Shown: positions 25,731-39,180, counted from the whole stretch's first letter. The stretch is 52,941 bases of DNA, filler included, from Sphacelaria rigidula (GCA_964200075.2; 4 parts of 4 records of this genome joined end to end with filler, not necessarily neighbours in it); one strand, 5' to 3'. The notes: generated from the letters alone by a model not told the origin. Program-made: numbers and translations.

Positions 25731-26424
25731 CGAGTTCGAGTCCTTGCCCGGTATCCCCCCCCCCTTCTATAGCGTCGCTCTTTCACAACACCGCTTCACG
25801 ACACCACGAATCGTGTTTGTTTTCTGTAATGCGACGTTGTTCCTTTTCATAATGCTTCGACACGAACTACATCAAACACTGTACCGCCGACATTCATACT
25901 CGAATCTAGGTTTCTTGCCGTGCACTCGGTACCATTTCTCACACTTGTCATTTTTTACAATCACGCAGTAACGGTCCATTCTCGCTCACGTATTTTTCAC
26001 CGTCTCCCCGCCAACCCTCCTGCCAAAAACCAGCGCCGAACCCTCTATGCTTCTCGAACAATCGTTTCACACAACGAAACACGAGAGCTTGGCTGTTTAT
26101 AACGCGTCAGCCGTGACCCGCTAAAAAAGAGACCGCTGACGGCCGAAGGCAACACACGGTATGAGTGTCGCGTTGTAATCAACTAGACTTGGAACCAAAA
26201 TTGGGGGCGCGGGGGAAGGAATTCATGTGGTCCCCAGCGCCCCCCAATGTTAGCCCTTTCGGGACCGGACCCCAACCAACACAGGGTTGACCCTGTGTTG
26301 GTGGGATAATATGAAAAAAGATGAGCGACCTGCCCAATCACGGCGAGGCGAAATTTATCGACCAGACCCGAACGACCAGCGCGGGGATTCTTGTCAAGTG
26401 TGATGCCACTGCAAAGATCGTGTG

Positions 26425-26524
26425 NNNNNNNNNNNNNNNNNNNNNNNNNNNNNNNNNNNNNNNNNNNNTTAATTAATTAANNNNNNNNNNNNNNNNNNNN
26501 NNNNNNNNNNNNNNNNNNNNNNNN
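26425..26524. other. Assembly gap with artificial TTAATTAATTAA spacer
   Basis: Same 100-nt structure. Confidence 0.97.
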
Positions 26525-29500
26525 AATGGTCTGATGACTATGGCATGTATGATCATGAGTACAACCCCCTCCCCCCCCCTCGAGACGAGCCCATAGTCTC
26601 TAGGAATCAAACCATCTCGCTTCCGGTGCCTGCGTAACAAACGCCCCTGAGGATTGGACCAGAATTGCCATAGCCCGTCGACCGTCGTCGAATCATTCAA
26701 CCTAAGCTATGACGGTTTCCACCACAAGGTACGCCATTACTGCCGGGCTTTTCTAACCCAGCACCGCTGCTGCTCCGCCCGAACTGGCCGATCGTGTATC
26801 GGATTGACCGTCGCGGCACGGCGGCTTGACATATCGCTTCATTCCCGAACTATCCCAGAGTAGGTGGGGGGGGGGGGGGTAAGCTGTCACGCGAAATGTA
26901 GTGGTTTATAGTTGTGTGACGTAATCCCCCCGCACGCCTTCTTTTGCATTCCTCGGGGCTGAAAAGGCCACCAAACTCATCGGGGCATAGGCGAATAACC
27001 CGTGTCCGTGAGGTTTCGCCCACGTCGCCGAACACCGAAACGTAAAAGTGTATTTTTTGTCCAACAGTTACGTCGAGCTCTCCCCTCTCCACCCATGCCC
27101 CCAAGCGTGAAATGACTAACAACGATGCCGATGACCAAGACCTCGGTGTCTGCCCTTGCCCCCTCGCCCCTTCCCCCCGCCCCCCTTTTACCGCCTGACC
27201 CCACCAATCTTTCCTCCAATTCTCAAACATGTCGATTTCCTGCAGATACAAAATCATCACTTCCGACCACAGTTCTGCTCGTGCCAGCTCCATGAGGTAA
27301 GAAACGACGGAAGAAGCACGCACAGAGACGCTGCGCCATACGGGGAGTACCGAGGTTTTTGATGGATAAGAAAGACGCACGCAAAACATATGTGAATTAA
27401 GTGTTCTGTTGAAAGCGTACCACAAAGACTTGATCGTCGTCTCGTCGTACGGCCTTGTGAGCTAACCTCTTACGCGCCGATTTTGTCGGTCGTTCAAATC
27501 GGTAATGTTGTACTTTCGCGACTTATTTGCATGTTCCGTGATTCTCTTTGATATTTATTTGTGCGGTTCCCTATTGAAGCTGTCTGCCGAGGTGCGAGTG
27601 TGGTCGAGTACCATGTGACCAAGTCTAGTGAAAGACCGAGAATCGATGTTCTTCACGTGCGAGTTTCATTTTGGATTCACCTGCCAAAGACGAAACGAAC
27701 GAAAATCAACGAAGAAACGTCGGGTGTTCGTGTGAGAGCCCAGGCCGGAGGAACTCGACGATGCGATGCTCCTGTTCCACCTAGGTGCAAGTAACTACTC
27801 CTGATAAAGATACCGCACGTATTATGATGTATCCATGATGCATCCGCTGAGATAGTTCAACGCGTGTGCTACCGAAGGTGTCCTACAGAGTATGATACTC
27901 GGAATGATACGAAGATCGACTTCAATTTTGTGTATAGAAACGGCCCCGCATACTGCATCGAGGGATCGTTAACGGAAAGATCTCGGAAAGATCTCAACGA
28001 GATCTCGATAGCGACAAAGAATCGGCGGCGTAGCCGTCGCAATTTCGCAATAAAGTCGAGATTGGTCTTCTTTTCAGGTTGAATAATGTACCCCGTAACA
28101 CTCCGTGGGTAAAATGGTGGTGTTAATGGCGTATGCCTAGGGTAGATGTTGCCGCATAGCTGACCGTTAGTTGCTCTTCATTTTTTCATTCATTATTTCA
28201 TTCATTTTTTCTTCTTGTTGTTTTTGTGTCGTGTTCGTCGTCTCCCAGTTTACTCTGTCTTGTACGACAGTCAACTAATCTGCCATTAATCAATCAACAT
28301 TCTGTTGTTTCCCTCCCTTCATCTTTATTATTTTTCCCCCTTTTGATCTCGAGCGTTCCTCAACGAGTATTTTCATAGTTTGTCTTTTTTTTTTTCCGTG
28401 GGTACATCTGTCTTGTGGCCACGGCTTTTTTGCGTCTTAACTAATACGCTCATGTCCGACAATCCATCAATCAATCAATCGAAAAATCGTCGCCCCAACG
28501 CCAGCCCTAACCCCAGCACCAACCCCAATCCGTGACCCTCATCCTGAAGGTTGTCCCAGGTGGCCGCGGAAACGCGGAAATTTTGGGCATCTCTAAGGCC
28601 CCAGAAACACCGTGCAGATGACGCTAACAGCGATTGTGAACCGCACTTTGTTTTGCCTGTTCATAGTGTCGCAATAACAACGAGGCGACGCCAGGCTTTC
28701 ATACTCGTGGGCAAAGTGCATTGAATCCGTGCGCTCGATTGATTTTAATTTAGTACTGCGTTGATGTATTGATTGAATTGATTCTCGCATACCAAGAAGG
28801 ACTGCTTCCCCACAAATCCAGACGTCATCGTAAAAATAGGCGTACGTTACCCAAGGTGAACATATTGAGACACTTACTAAAAAAAGACGTCGAGAAAGAG
28901 CAAAGCTTGGAAAATAAAAAGGAGAAGACAAACACAATGAAGCGAAAAACGAGAGGTTTTTCCTCGAAAAAATCCGGAAAAGCAGACACCTGAACGAACA
29001 CTCCAACGGCACTCTTAAACAAGTACATTATGAGAACTTCGTACTGTTGCTCCCGCCAAGAATGATCGTCAATCTCTCCCCTAATCTTATCCCTTTCCCT
29101 ACCACCAATCTTCGCCATTTAGCGCTGCACGTCTCACGTCTCACGTCCCACGCGCAACTCACCTACTGTCTCCTCTCTCGTTGCGCTGCTCTATGGACAG
29201 TTTCTTCCGCTGTTCTATGTATTGCCATTCTCCAATATGTCGGCCGAAGCAGCGGCGTTTGCAGACAGGCTGCCTCAAGCGCACGATGGCCCATCATCTT
29301 CAGTGGCAATGGTAGACCATGTCGATCCAAGCTTGAGCGCAAAAATGGAAAACGGAAGTCTTGAAGAGCCGGAGTCAGGCGTATGGTTATCCGGGGTCAG
29401 TTACATGAAAGTAAACACAAGCTAACAGGGGGGTCAGAAACATCGATCTGTTTTTTCAGCAACCCCATGTTATTTGAGCCTACCTACACTCAGGAAAAGC

Positions 29501-30228
29501 TCTGTGAATCCAGTTTGACTAAGGTAATCGTATTTGTCCTTTTGATTTTCACTATTGGCAGAAATGAAACACACATCCTCGAGAGGAACCGAGTGCGTTC
29601 TGAGTAGATCGATCGCCCCTCTGAAATCTTACCAAAGGGATTTTCGGCAGGACGCCTTGCGTAACGTCTATGTCCTCATGAGGTCTTGGCAGCTGCTGAT
29701 GTGGGCAAACAGTGAATTAATACCACCTCATGTTAATGCCCGATTCCCAAAGGCTTGAAGTCGACGACTCTCTCCACAACCACCTCCCTGTAGACATGCA
29801 GTGTTGGCGACAACGCACACATGTCAACTGTTCACACGCCTGACCACTTATGAGTTAACTCAGTGATACCGCATAACTCTCCGCCAATGGGAAAGGAACC
29901 GCGGAGCTATACCGTATAGCTCAACGCTGGGTTCATACGGAAAAATCTAGCGAACTCGAGTTTTTCAAGATAGTGTGAGTTGAGGTTTCCGAGGTGTGCA
30001 ACTGCTTTATTTTTCCCAGAGCTGCGCGAGACTGCGTCGAGACGCAAACTGTTGTGATGAATCCCGGACCACGATCGCAACACATGGAGTATGAGCAACC
30101 TGTCTGTACGCGTGCGAGTCATTCTCCAACAAAGCTTCCCAACTTCACCAAGATCTACCCCCTTTTCCCGCATCATAACTAACCCCCCCCCACCCGCTCC
30201 CCGCTACCGTTCCTTCTCCATCCACTCG

Positions 30229-30396
30229 GGCTACATGGATGCGCACCAGCGAGTTCGACCCGCAACAAAAACCACGGCGTTGGAGGCGGAGATGGCGGCC
30301 GACGGTTTCGGCAGTGGGGTGGACAAGGAACGACGCGAGGAAATCCGGGTTTTCTTCACCGAGCGGTTCGAGCGGGCCAGGGATACCCACGAGAAG
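30229..30396 (+). pseudogene. Exon-like segment of an unidentified gene
   Basis: GC-rich, coding-like GYMDAHQRVRP...ERREEIRVFFTERFERARDTHEK ending at a donor-like AAG|gtagtg. It is preceded by a pyrimidine tract that ends in cgg instead of cag. A possible first exon (MSAEAAAFADRLPQ...EPESG|gtatgg) lies at ~29237-29380. Confidence 0.35.
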
Positions 30397-31379
30397 GTAG
30401 TGTACATGGGCGCAACTTTGCCTTTGAGTTATTCTAGTTTTCGATCTGTGGAGCATGATTTTGTCCTTTCCCATGCCGCCACCTCGCGAAACTGTGGCGG
30501 ATTCGGATTGGAGGAGGGGGGAGGGGGGAGGGGGGGGGGGGGGGGAGGGAGTTTGTGGTGGGTAGAGCTGCTGCATGTGCGNNNNNNNNNNTGAGGGCGG
30601 TGGGGGGGTGGGGGGGGCGGGGGGGGGGTGGGGGGGGGGGGTGGGGGGGGGGGGTGGAAGTTTGTAGTGCGTACAGCTGCTGAATTTGCGGGATATTGCG
30701 TCTGGGTACGCGAATCGACACAAGGCAATTCACTGCAGATTGCTTGCAGGCACTACTCTAATGTTGCTCCAGCAAAAAACGAAGGCGCAGCCGGTCTACC
30801 TCCTCTGTCGGGGGCATACTCCGCATCGTACGACTCCTGTCATGGCAGGCATGGTCACCTACGACTGTAGTATGGGAACCGCGAGATTCATATGCAGTAG
30901 GTACGAAACGGTGCATGCAGGCGCGCCCAACCGTGTGATGCGTACGTAGAACTTTGGTACGATGTTGTAAATCGTCAGCACACGACCGTAGTTGTATTTG
31001 GCCCTCCTCAAGAGTGCGGGTCGCGATCCCAGAGGCAGCACGGTATTTTCTTTGCGCCTCCGCACGATGAACATATTTTGGGGTGTACGACATGCAACGT
31101 TACATGAACCAAGATCAGTCGCTGCTTGACAGAAGCAAAACATTTCCCCACAATAGTTTCGCCTTGCAACAATGCAGACGATGAAACACACAGACGTTTG
31201 CTCCGCGCACCCCATTTGTTGCAGTTCGCAGATGCGTGTGTAGTGCTGTTGGCCGTGTCAAGGTAACGCCTAATGCGTCCCTTTGCCTCATGTTTGTCGT
31301 CCGTATGCATGAGTTCAACGTACATCTTTTGTCTGATCGAGAAAAATATGTTTTAACATGATTGATGTTGCAGCTGCAG

Positions 31380-31965
31380 CAGTCTTCCGGGCGGAATGCG
31401 TGTGTGTTTTTATGGTTGTGCATGAAGTCTTCCGGTAGGGACGCGTGTTTCAGCCGTCTCGGTGTTTTCTCTCGGCCATGTACAAAGTTTTCCGGGCGGG
31501 ACGTGTCTTTTCTCGGCCGTGTACAAATTCCTCCGGGTGGGACGTGTTTCTTTTCAGTGCAAAACTCCCGCGGGCAGGATACGTATAAACTCAATCTTGA
31601 TTCCATTCTCAATGAATAAAGTTTGCGGGAGGGATATCTATTGTGTCGGCCATGAACAAATTCTTCACGGTGGGACGTGTTTTTTTTTCCGACCAAGTAC
31701 AAAGTCTTTCCGGGCGGAACGTGTTTTTTTCGGCCGTACATGAATCTTCCGGGCGGGATACGTGTGAACCTAATATCAAATTTTGTTTCAAATGAACGAA
31801 GTCTTCGGGGCGGGATGGGCGTAGATCTGATCGTGGTTTTTGTTCTGAATGAGAAAAATGTTCCGGAAATGGCGGAGGATTTTTTCGTTAATGTAAGAAC
31901 TTTTTCCGGGAAGGACGTGTTTTTCCTCGACCATGCACGAAGTCTTTCGGGCGGCAAGTGTTTTC
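31380..31965 (+). repeat. Degenerate minisatellite (~40-60-bp units built on TTCCGGGCGGGACGTGTTTTT)
   Basis: More than ten variant copies of TTCCGGGCGGGACGTGT...CGGCCGTGTACAAA. Confidence 0.85.
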
Positions 31966-34900
31966 GAAATAAAACAGCCTTAATTTCTAGCACATGATAG
32001 GTTGGTGGACCCCTTTCACCCCTGAGAATCTGAGGATCTCCGCAACGACTGCAGAAAAACCTACACCGGCAAAGAAACCGGAGATGGAGTTGAGACTCAG
32101 CCGCAGCTTAAGCGTCATCATCAATATCCTCGCTGTTTTTATCGCTTACCGGCGTTGCTGTTCTCCTCCAGGTTACCGGTGCTGCGCAGCAGAAAGCCAA
32201 GTTCTTGTCTAAGCGAGTGTTGACGATCGTGCAAGATGTGAGAAGCGTATATTTATGGGGAAACGAGGCTGGTACAACAGTGTTGCTGCGTCAGTGCACA
32301 CGAAGAGTTGGTTGCAGGGTTGTTAGATTGTGAGTCGTGCAGGCAGAAAAATGCATGTCTTGGCCATCATGCGACAACGTGAGAGCTACTTCTCAAGCCA
32401 AAACTGTTTTTCGAAGCAATTTTGAGGTCAGAAGGGAAAGCCCTACAGTCCATGATGACGCGAACGAATTGCACTGAAGAATCGCTTTCGACGTTATTCC
32501 CGCGTAAGCCAATCTTGGCGGTTGTGCAATACGGTTTGAGCTACTAGCGGTACGAAGCGATGATGTTAATGCACCCCACTTTGCGTCCGGTTGAGTCGAC
32601 GCATTTGAGCGAGTGCCACGATGTGCCCTCTATCATACCTGAATGCTCTTTGCAGAATGTACCGTCAAGTGCGGCTGACATCCAATAAGTGCTCGGCCAG
32701 CTTCTGCATGTGTATTTGAAGAATCCTTGAACACTTCTCTGCCGCAAGTGTCCGCCCCTCTTTCCGTCCCCCTCGATCCTCGGCCCTTACATTTTTTCTC
32801 CTCTGCCTCTGACCCCTTTACATCAAATCTTGCTCGAGGGTAGATCTACGCCGAGGACTATGATATGTTCGGAGACCACTTCCGATGACATCCCCGTCAA
32901 TGCGTCCGAGTGAGGACAATGACACAGGAGGACAGTACAGAGAAACCAAGAAACCACGGAGGATTATTTCGCGAGCGTATCCGTCCGTGCTCACAGAGCG
33001 CTGATACCATACTGCATGCAGCTTCTAGGCGATCAAGAATCCACGACTAGGGTGGAGTTTTTCCGGATAACACGACCGTGTTCGAGCTTGGAGAGCGGAA
33101 GCGGGCGGCGCGGAAGGACGGTAACGGTGGAAGATAAGCGCAGCACTCAGATTTTGAGGTGTACTTATGTTCGTCGATGGTCGGGTGTGCTCATCAAGAC
33201 ATTGAAAAGAAAAAGTCGTATCGGGCGGGATTCGGCTCAGAAGATGGAAATACCAGTCGTCCGCGTTAAGCTTTTCTCTGTGAACGATGCTGGCTGGTCC
33301 CGCAGCAGGTGGCCGGAACGACTATCGACTACGGTTGTTCTGCCCTTCCAGGGATCTGCGCCCTGCTTCTACTGTTTATGGTGCCACCTACTGTTGCACT
33401 TGACTAACATTATTTGAGAGTATGACGCACTGCGCTTCATCCGGTTTTCCTCATTCACCCCTCACATTCACCGTGCACTCAGGTGAGCGTGTAAACGCGC
33501 CGATTATAGATTGTCTATACTTTCTTGCCCGGGATGATGTATCGAGGGCGTGGTATATGCTACCAAGAGATACCAACAGGAATCATAGAGTTCGAAGAGG
33601 AGTATGAGAAAAATCATCACGTCTCTTTTTGGCGTGCACGGCTCGGACAGGACTTCTCCGCTACATGGGGTGGAGGGGGGGGGGGGGGGGGTTGATTTGG
33701 TGGCTAGAAAAATCTTTGGGGGTGCGGGTGTTCCTGGTTTTGGTTTTGATTAGTATTGTGGAGAGGATTTNNNNNNNNNNGGGGGGGTGGGGGGGGGGGG
33801 GGGGGGGGGGGGGGGTGGGGGGGGGGGATTGAATTGCTCGCGACAAGAAACTTTGGTGGTTCCGGTATTCCCTGTTTTGTGTTTACGTAAGACTGTCGAG
33901 AAGACTTCATTTGACGCGAAAGGAAGTGGAGTTATGTTCGTGTCGACTGGTAGGCGCTATCTTGTGCAATCAGCACTCGAATCTTGCGATGGGGGTACCA
34001 TGGCCGTCTCCAACAAAGCCTGCCCTGTCGTGTACGGTAGTGGTGTGGTTTATCTACCTGGAGGTGATACCTATAGTGCTGTACAGTCGCTACCTTGTTC
34101 CAAGAGTTTGGCAAACGTCGTGTAGCTAGTTGTGAGTATTGGATATGAAAGTGACTGGTTCGACATCTCAAACAAGCGTTTACTACCATTTCCTTTATTT
34201 CGTGATGCTGTGCTACAGTGTGTTTTCGCGTGCTGTAGGGCAGTACAGGCTGTACCGCGGAGCGCGTTCTGCGTTCAGAAAAATGATTGTGAATCATTCT
34301 CGCGTCTAGCAAATGGTCATCGATACGTTTTTAGAAACATTCATGCTTTGTACGAAACTATCCTGGTGGGGGCAACGGGGGTGTATTTCCCCTGGACGGC
34401 CTACTGACCAGACAGGACGCTTGCATGCATGATCACAGACAACACTTGACGAAGATAACGTTTAATCAGCAGATAAAATGACTGATTGAGTCATCCTACG
34501 ATAAGGGAGGGAGGGGGGGGGCATCTTGGGCCACCTCTTCCACGATATCTCACTGTAAATCGTCGTTGTGAAGCAACAACGATTCTTCGAACGCGCTCTT
34601 CACCGATAAATAACACTCCCTCATGCTGCTTGACATCTTCTTCACTCGAACCGCGATTGTGTTAGGCCTTCTGACACACCTATGTGAGCCCTTGCTTGTG
34701 GAATCACTCTCCGCCCTATGCGCCGTCTCGAAAGGGATGCGTGGTCAATGGTCAAACGACTAAGGCAAGCAACAAATGAGTACACCCCCCCCCCGNNNNN
34801 NNNTTGGCCATAGGCAAAACACACAAGGAAACCAACAAAAGATCCCCCCCCCCCCCCCCCCGCCCCATCGTAGGTTCACTCAATCACGGCGACATGAATA

Positions 34901-35475
34901 CAGCGGTGACCCATGCAGTAAAGACTTGGTTCCACTTGTTGTACGTGTCAAACAGCTGTAAACGTCTCCATCTATCGATTTGAACTGACAAATACTATCG
35001 AGAAAACCAGGTGCAAATAAACATTTATGATGGGCACCCGCCGATACGTTATTGGAAATAATTTGAACGGCGACTGTCGATGCAGCGAACATGAGAATCC
35101 CCACAACTCAAGCCGAAGCCTAGCGGATCCGTCCCTCCTTCAGGAATAAAAGCCTGGTTGATGGCATTGTCGTCAGAGTATGTATGCTGATAGGTTCATA
35201 ATTGATAGCGTGAGATCCTTGTGCCGATTCTCTGACGCAAGGACACTTCGTGGGCTACCCCTAGAGAAACGTTCTGTCCTCTCGAATAATTAGCGAGGAA
35301 GAACGTCATTTCAGCCACAGCCGCCCACCGTTTGTCCGGTCGTCCTCAATGTCGTTTCTGAGAGCATTAATAGGGGCCGCAATAGTGAGCATAACCGGAA
35401 CCATGGATATTTTTGAAGTTTCACTTTGCACACCTTCTGCACACTATCAGCCAACCCGAGGTACACCTCAACAAA

Positions 35476-36201
35476 CTACACGACTGTCTGGAAAGCGTCT
35501 GGCACGCCGTCTTTCTTCGACACTAAATCTGCACTACGACTACTTCTGCTGCCAGCACTAGCTTCGATTTCCATGCTGGTGCCCGCACCGCCTCCATCAG
35601 GCCCACTCTCCCCCAGAGACAATTCGTCTCCCCGGTCCTTTTGACCTGTCCGTTCTAACGCGTCTAGCCGGCTCGCAATCCCACTCAACCGGCCGCTTAT
35701 ATGTTGCACTTCCGTCAGCAACAGATCGAGTTTTGCATGGGAAGTGTGCCGGCCCTTGCCGCGCGGAGATGACGCGAGAAACGCAGGAGGACGCGGTGGC
35801 GAAGCATGGTTTCCGCTATCACTGCCCCTCTCCCGGACATCAGCTGGCACAGCAAATGGGGATGGAGGGTTCCCGATATTGGCATATCTCTCCCTCGCGG
35901 TGCCTTCAGCGAGATACCCCCCACCACCACCGAGAGTAACCTCTACCCCATCCCCATCCCCATCCCCAAGACCCTCTTCCCGCACCGATATGGTGAAAGG
36001 ATTATGGTCATCCCTCCTGCGTATAAAAATAGAAGAATTTTCCCTGGAACATTCTGTGGATCGATCCCGCGAGAACTCTGCACCAAAAATTTGTTGCGGT
36101 GAATCTCCTCCTCCATCGCCTCCTTTACCACCATCACCGTGACCATCGCCTCCGCCAGCCCACACAGGAGATGAGCAACGATGTTGCGGCGACCTGGCCA
36201 T
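35476..36201 (-). pseudogene. 241-aa ORF with a coiled-coil segment; probable truncated gene or TE ORF1 with a decayed continuation to ~34880
   Basis: ATG start and Gly/Ser/Pro-rich disordered N-terminus. Heptad segment KLDLLLTEVQHISGRLSGIASRLDALE. Protein-like reading continues past the stop (FVEVYLGLADSVQKVCKVKLQK) with further breaks. No family was recognised. Confidence 0.4.
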
Positions 36202-38923
36202 GAAACATGTATATGTATATATTAAATTAGTACGAAAATATGCCGCAAAATCTTAACCTCTGGCCCGTGTAATTATTGAATCGACCGAGAAATATTACGC
36301 ACTTGATTAATGCCTAGCGCGTGAGATATTACTATTGTGTATAAATCGTGCGGTCGACTGTAATTGGTTATCAGTGACAGTGGTATAGCTACATGCATAG
36401 TGTGCGAAGTCTTGACATTGTGGTTCAGTATTATGTACTTGTTCTACATTACAGCACAAAGTACAGTGTGTGTCTGAATCGCCTCAAGATCGTATGGAAG
36501 TCGCTGCAATATAAATTCATGGTGATTTCCAAGGTGTGGCAAATTAGAGTATACGGCCGAGATCTTCCAACTATTTTTCTCTATATATTAGAACCTTCAG
36601 ACAACATATCATGAAACCATGTAAAAAGAATACGCTCTTAGATAGTACCGCTTATGTAGTGAAGGTCTGACAGAGATCAACACATAGACAGTGATTCCGA
36701 GTTAAATCTGCGCTGTTTTGCCTGTACAGATTTATCAGGCAGTGCTGTCTTGCTCATCATCTAACAGAGGTACTCGACTTGCTGATGCTGAGTGCTTGTG
36801 CACGAACCCAAACACTTCATCCCTTGCGTGTGATGTATGCAATGAGTAGCACAATTTCGCGCTTTGCCGTGGTTGAACTGTCAGGCACCGTACCGTACCG
36901 AGCCACGCAGCAGCCCGGTATTGGCAACAATACCAAAGGAGAGAGTGATTGATTGTCATTCAACAAAATGTCTGCCCTAGAAGAAGGAGCTCAGCTCTTG
37001 CCCACTTTACTCAACAGAGTGTCACTTTATGATCTGATAAGAGGTGACTGTGCCGGAGGGGCTGTCGCTCTCCCCGACTTGCGTGTAGTCGGCAAGGTGG
37101 GCGAGGTAGGCAAGGAGCTCAGCACAGCACGGAGGGTGGAGAAGGATGCCGCCGTTATACGTTTGGAAGGGGCAGGAGCACGAAAAGATTCTGACGAGGG
37201 ATCGGAGCAATAAGTATATCGTGGTCTCCCTTGGGAAATGGTTTTCCCTAAAACCGTTCGTTTCAGGGATAGGACGCTCAGGGCTTGGGGGGGGAGCATG
37301 AAGCCTTGTTGAAGCCCCTGTTTGGGGTGGAATAAATGAATTCAAGTTCAACGGTTTGAACAACAGTTCTCACTCTGTTTGGTCATTCAGTGGATGGATC
37401 TTGGAATCTTCTGTGAATTGGTGCAGAGCAACGACTGCAGTGTGGATATTAATGAACTTCTAGTTTCTATCCAATTGAACTGCTTTCGACCAGGCTCGTT
37501 GTCCATGCCATGAATCGCTGTGCGCCGAGCCGACATAACATTGCGCGTGTAACCTGCGGTCTGCGCGATACTAGTAAATGGGATATTTCAACCGTCCCAA
37601 TATTATCCTGGTAGTTATCTAGGCTATATGATGTGGGTACGATTTTTTCGAGTCTCAGCACGAGGAAAACGCATCTTGTTGGCGGGCCAGGTCTACAGTC
37701 TAACTGGCAGGCACAGCACCGTATCGAATGGCTTTACCTTGGGAGGTGCGTTGAAGTCTTGTCGCGGGAGCGGCTTTGGCCTGGCGATGTAGTAGCGTAT
37801 TGACGGGGTTGTTGACTGCTGTTGGGTGTCAAGCTGCGCGCTGGGCTATCGAGACACATACGCTCCCATGACTCGTGGCTAGGGGCAAGCAAGAACACCT
37901 GTAGAGTCATTTGCGATACACAGGCGATCTCTTGTTGCGGTTGAGATGGCAAAAAAGCGTTTCTTCCCCCTCCCGCGCAGAAGGAGCCCTACTGTGCTCC
38001 CTCTCCCTATCGACCACCTCGTTTTGCTACCCAGTGGATCCATGTTACCATGATATTTCCAAGACACACTCAACGCGCTGAACAAACATTGTCCGATGGG
38101 CAGTTCTGTGGAATCGCTCTTGAGTCAATGCGTCCCCGAATCGTAGCACAACGTTGCATATAAATCCTATATATATATATATATACTTATGCATGGGCGT
38201 TCGCCCGGACAGTCATCCCCCGACGCTGGCGCGGCGGGATCTGCACACTAATGTCAGCATATTATCGCGTGGACGCCTCCTTGCGATAATCGCTGCGCTC
38301 TCGTGCGCCCTCAAGATCTTATATATATATGCATACGTATATACATACGCTGGGCGAGAACGCCATTGAAGTTGACATAAAAAGCGCGATGAACTCGAAG
38401 AGCGAAATGAGAGAATCTTGCTCGGTATGGAGCTGCCGCGTCACCCATCCTGCATGCTTGCGTGTTTATTGTACAACGATCGCTCTCTTCTTTCCACTAC
38501 TGTCGCTTCCGCGGACTAATGACGAGATCATCGAAACATTGGAAGCAGTATGCCTGAAGGGTAGGGAAAATCAGACCAATCGTGGAACGCAGATTCCGCG
38601 TACGAGTAGAACTATACCGAATTGAGTCAAACGACCCATATATGCCGCTGAACAATCGATGCTCCAGCGGTAAGAATGCTTTCCCGAACTTCGTCAGGCA
38701 ATGGAGTACATCTACACGTCGCATGTATAGATATCTAGTAGAGTACCGCCTACGATGACTGCTAAGCAACGTATGAATATCTCGAGTAAAACCTTCGAGG
38801 GTATACATTACCGGCAAACTCACGCAGCCCCCCTTCCCGAAGGAGTGAAACACCTGGTAAAATGTGGGGATTGACATGAACGATTTCCTCAGTCAAAGAC
38901 CATCTTGTACACGTAGTGGGCGA

Positions 38924-39154
38924 TCAAACACGTTTCACATCCACGCCGATCGGAGGTGCCCATCGAACTGATGATTTTGGGGGGTTCCTTGTGACGACGG
39001 CCGGTGTGACCGTGGATGGGCTGATATGCGGCAAAATCAATCGATCGTTTCCGGGCATGAACACCTCTACTACCTCGAACAGCTTTACAAGTAAGTCTAT
39101 CAGGGATTGCACCATGGGCAGGTCGATCAAAGACTCCACGTATCGCCGGTAAAC
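38924..39154 (-). pseudogene. Probable next exon remnant of the same gene
   Basis: Acceptor ctgcag|GTTTAC. Reads VYRRYVESLIDLPMVQSLIDLLVKLFEVVEVFMPGNDRLILPH in frame with the upstream exon, then reaches a stop at 38924. Confidence 0.35.
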
Positions 39155-39180
39155 CTGCAGCGTATGTGCGTTATTCTCAC

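Noticed and set aside
31115-31993. 292-aa ORF with repeated RPE/PPG words
   Set aside because: Translation of a degenerate minisatellite with irregular unit lengths; not protein-like.
30510-34865. Long poly-G/poly-C tracts giving poly-Pro/poly-Gly ORFs and possible G-quadruplexes
   Set aside because: They border 9-10-N gaps, so length and sequence are unreliable. Simple homopolymer repeats.
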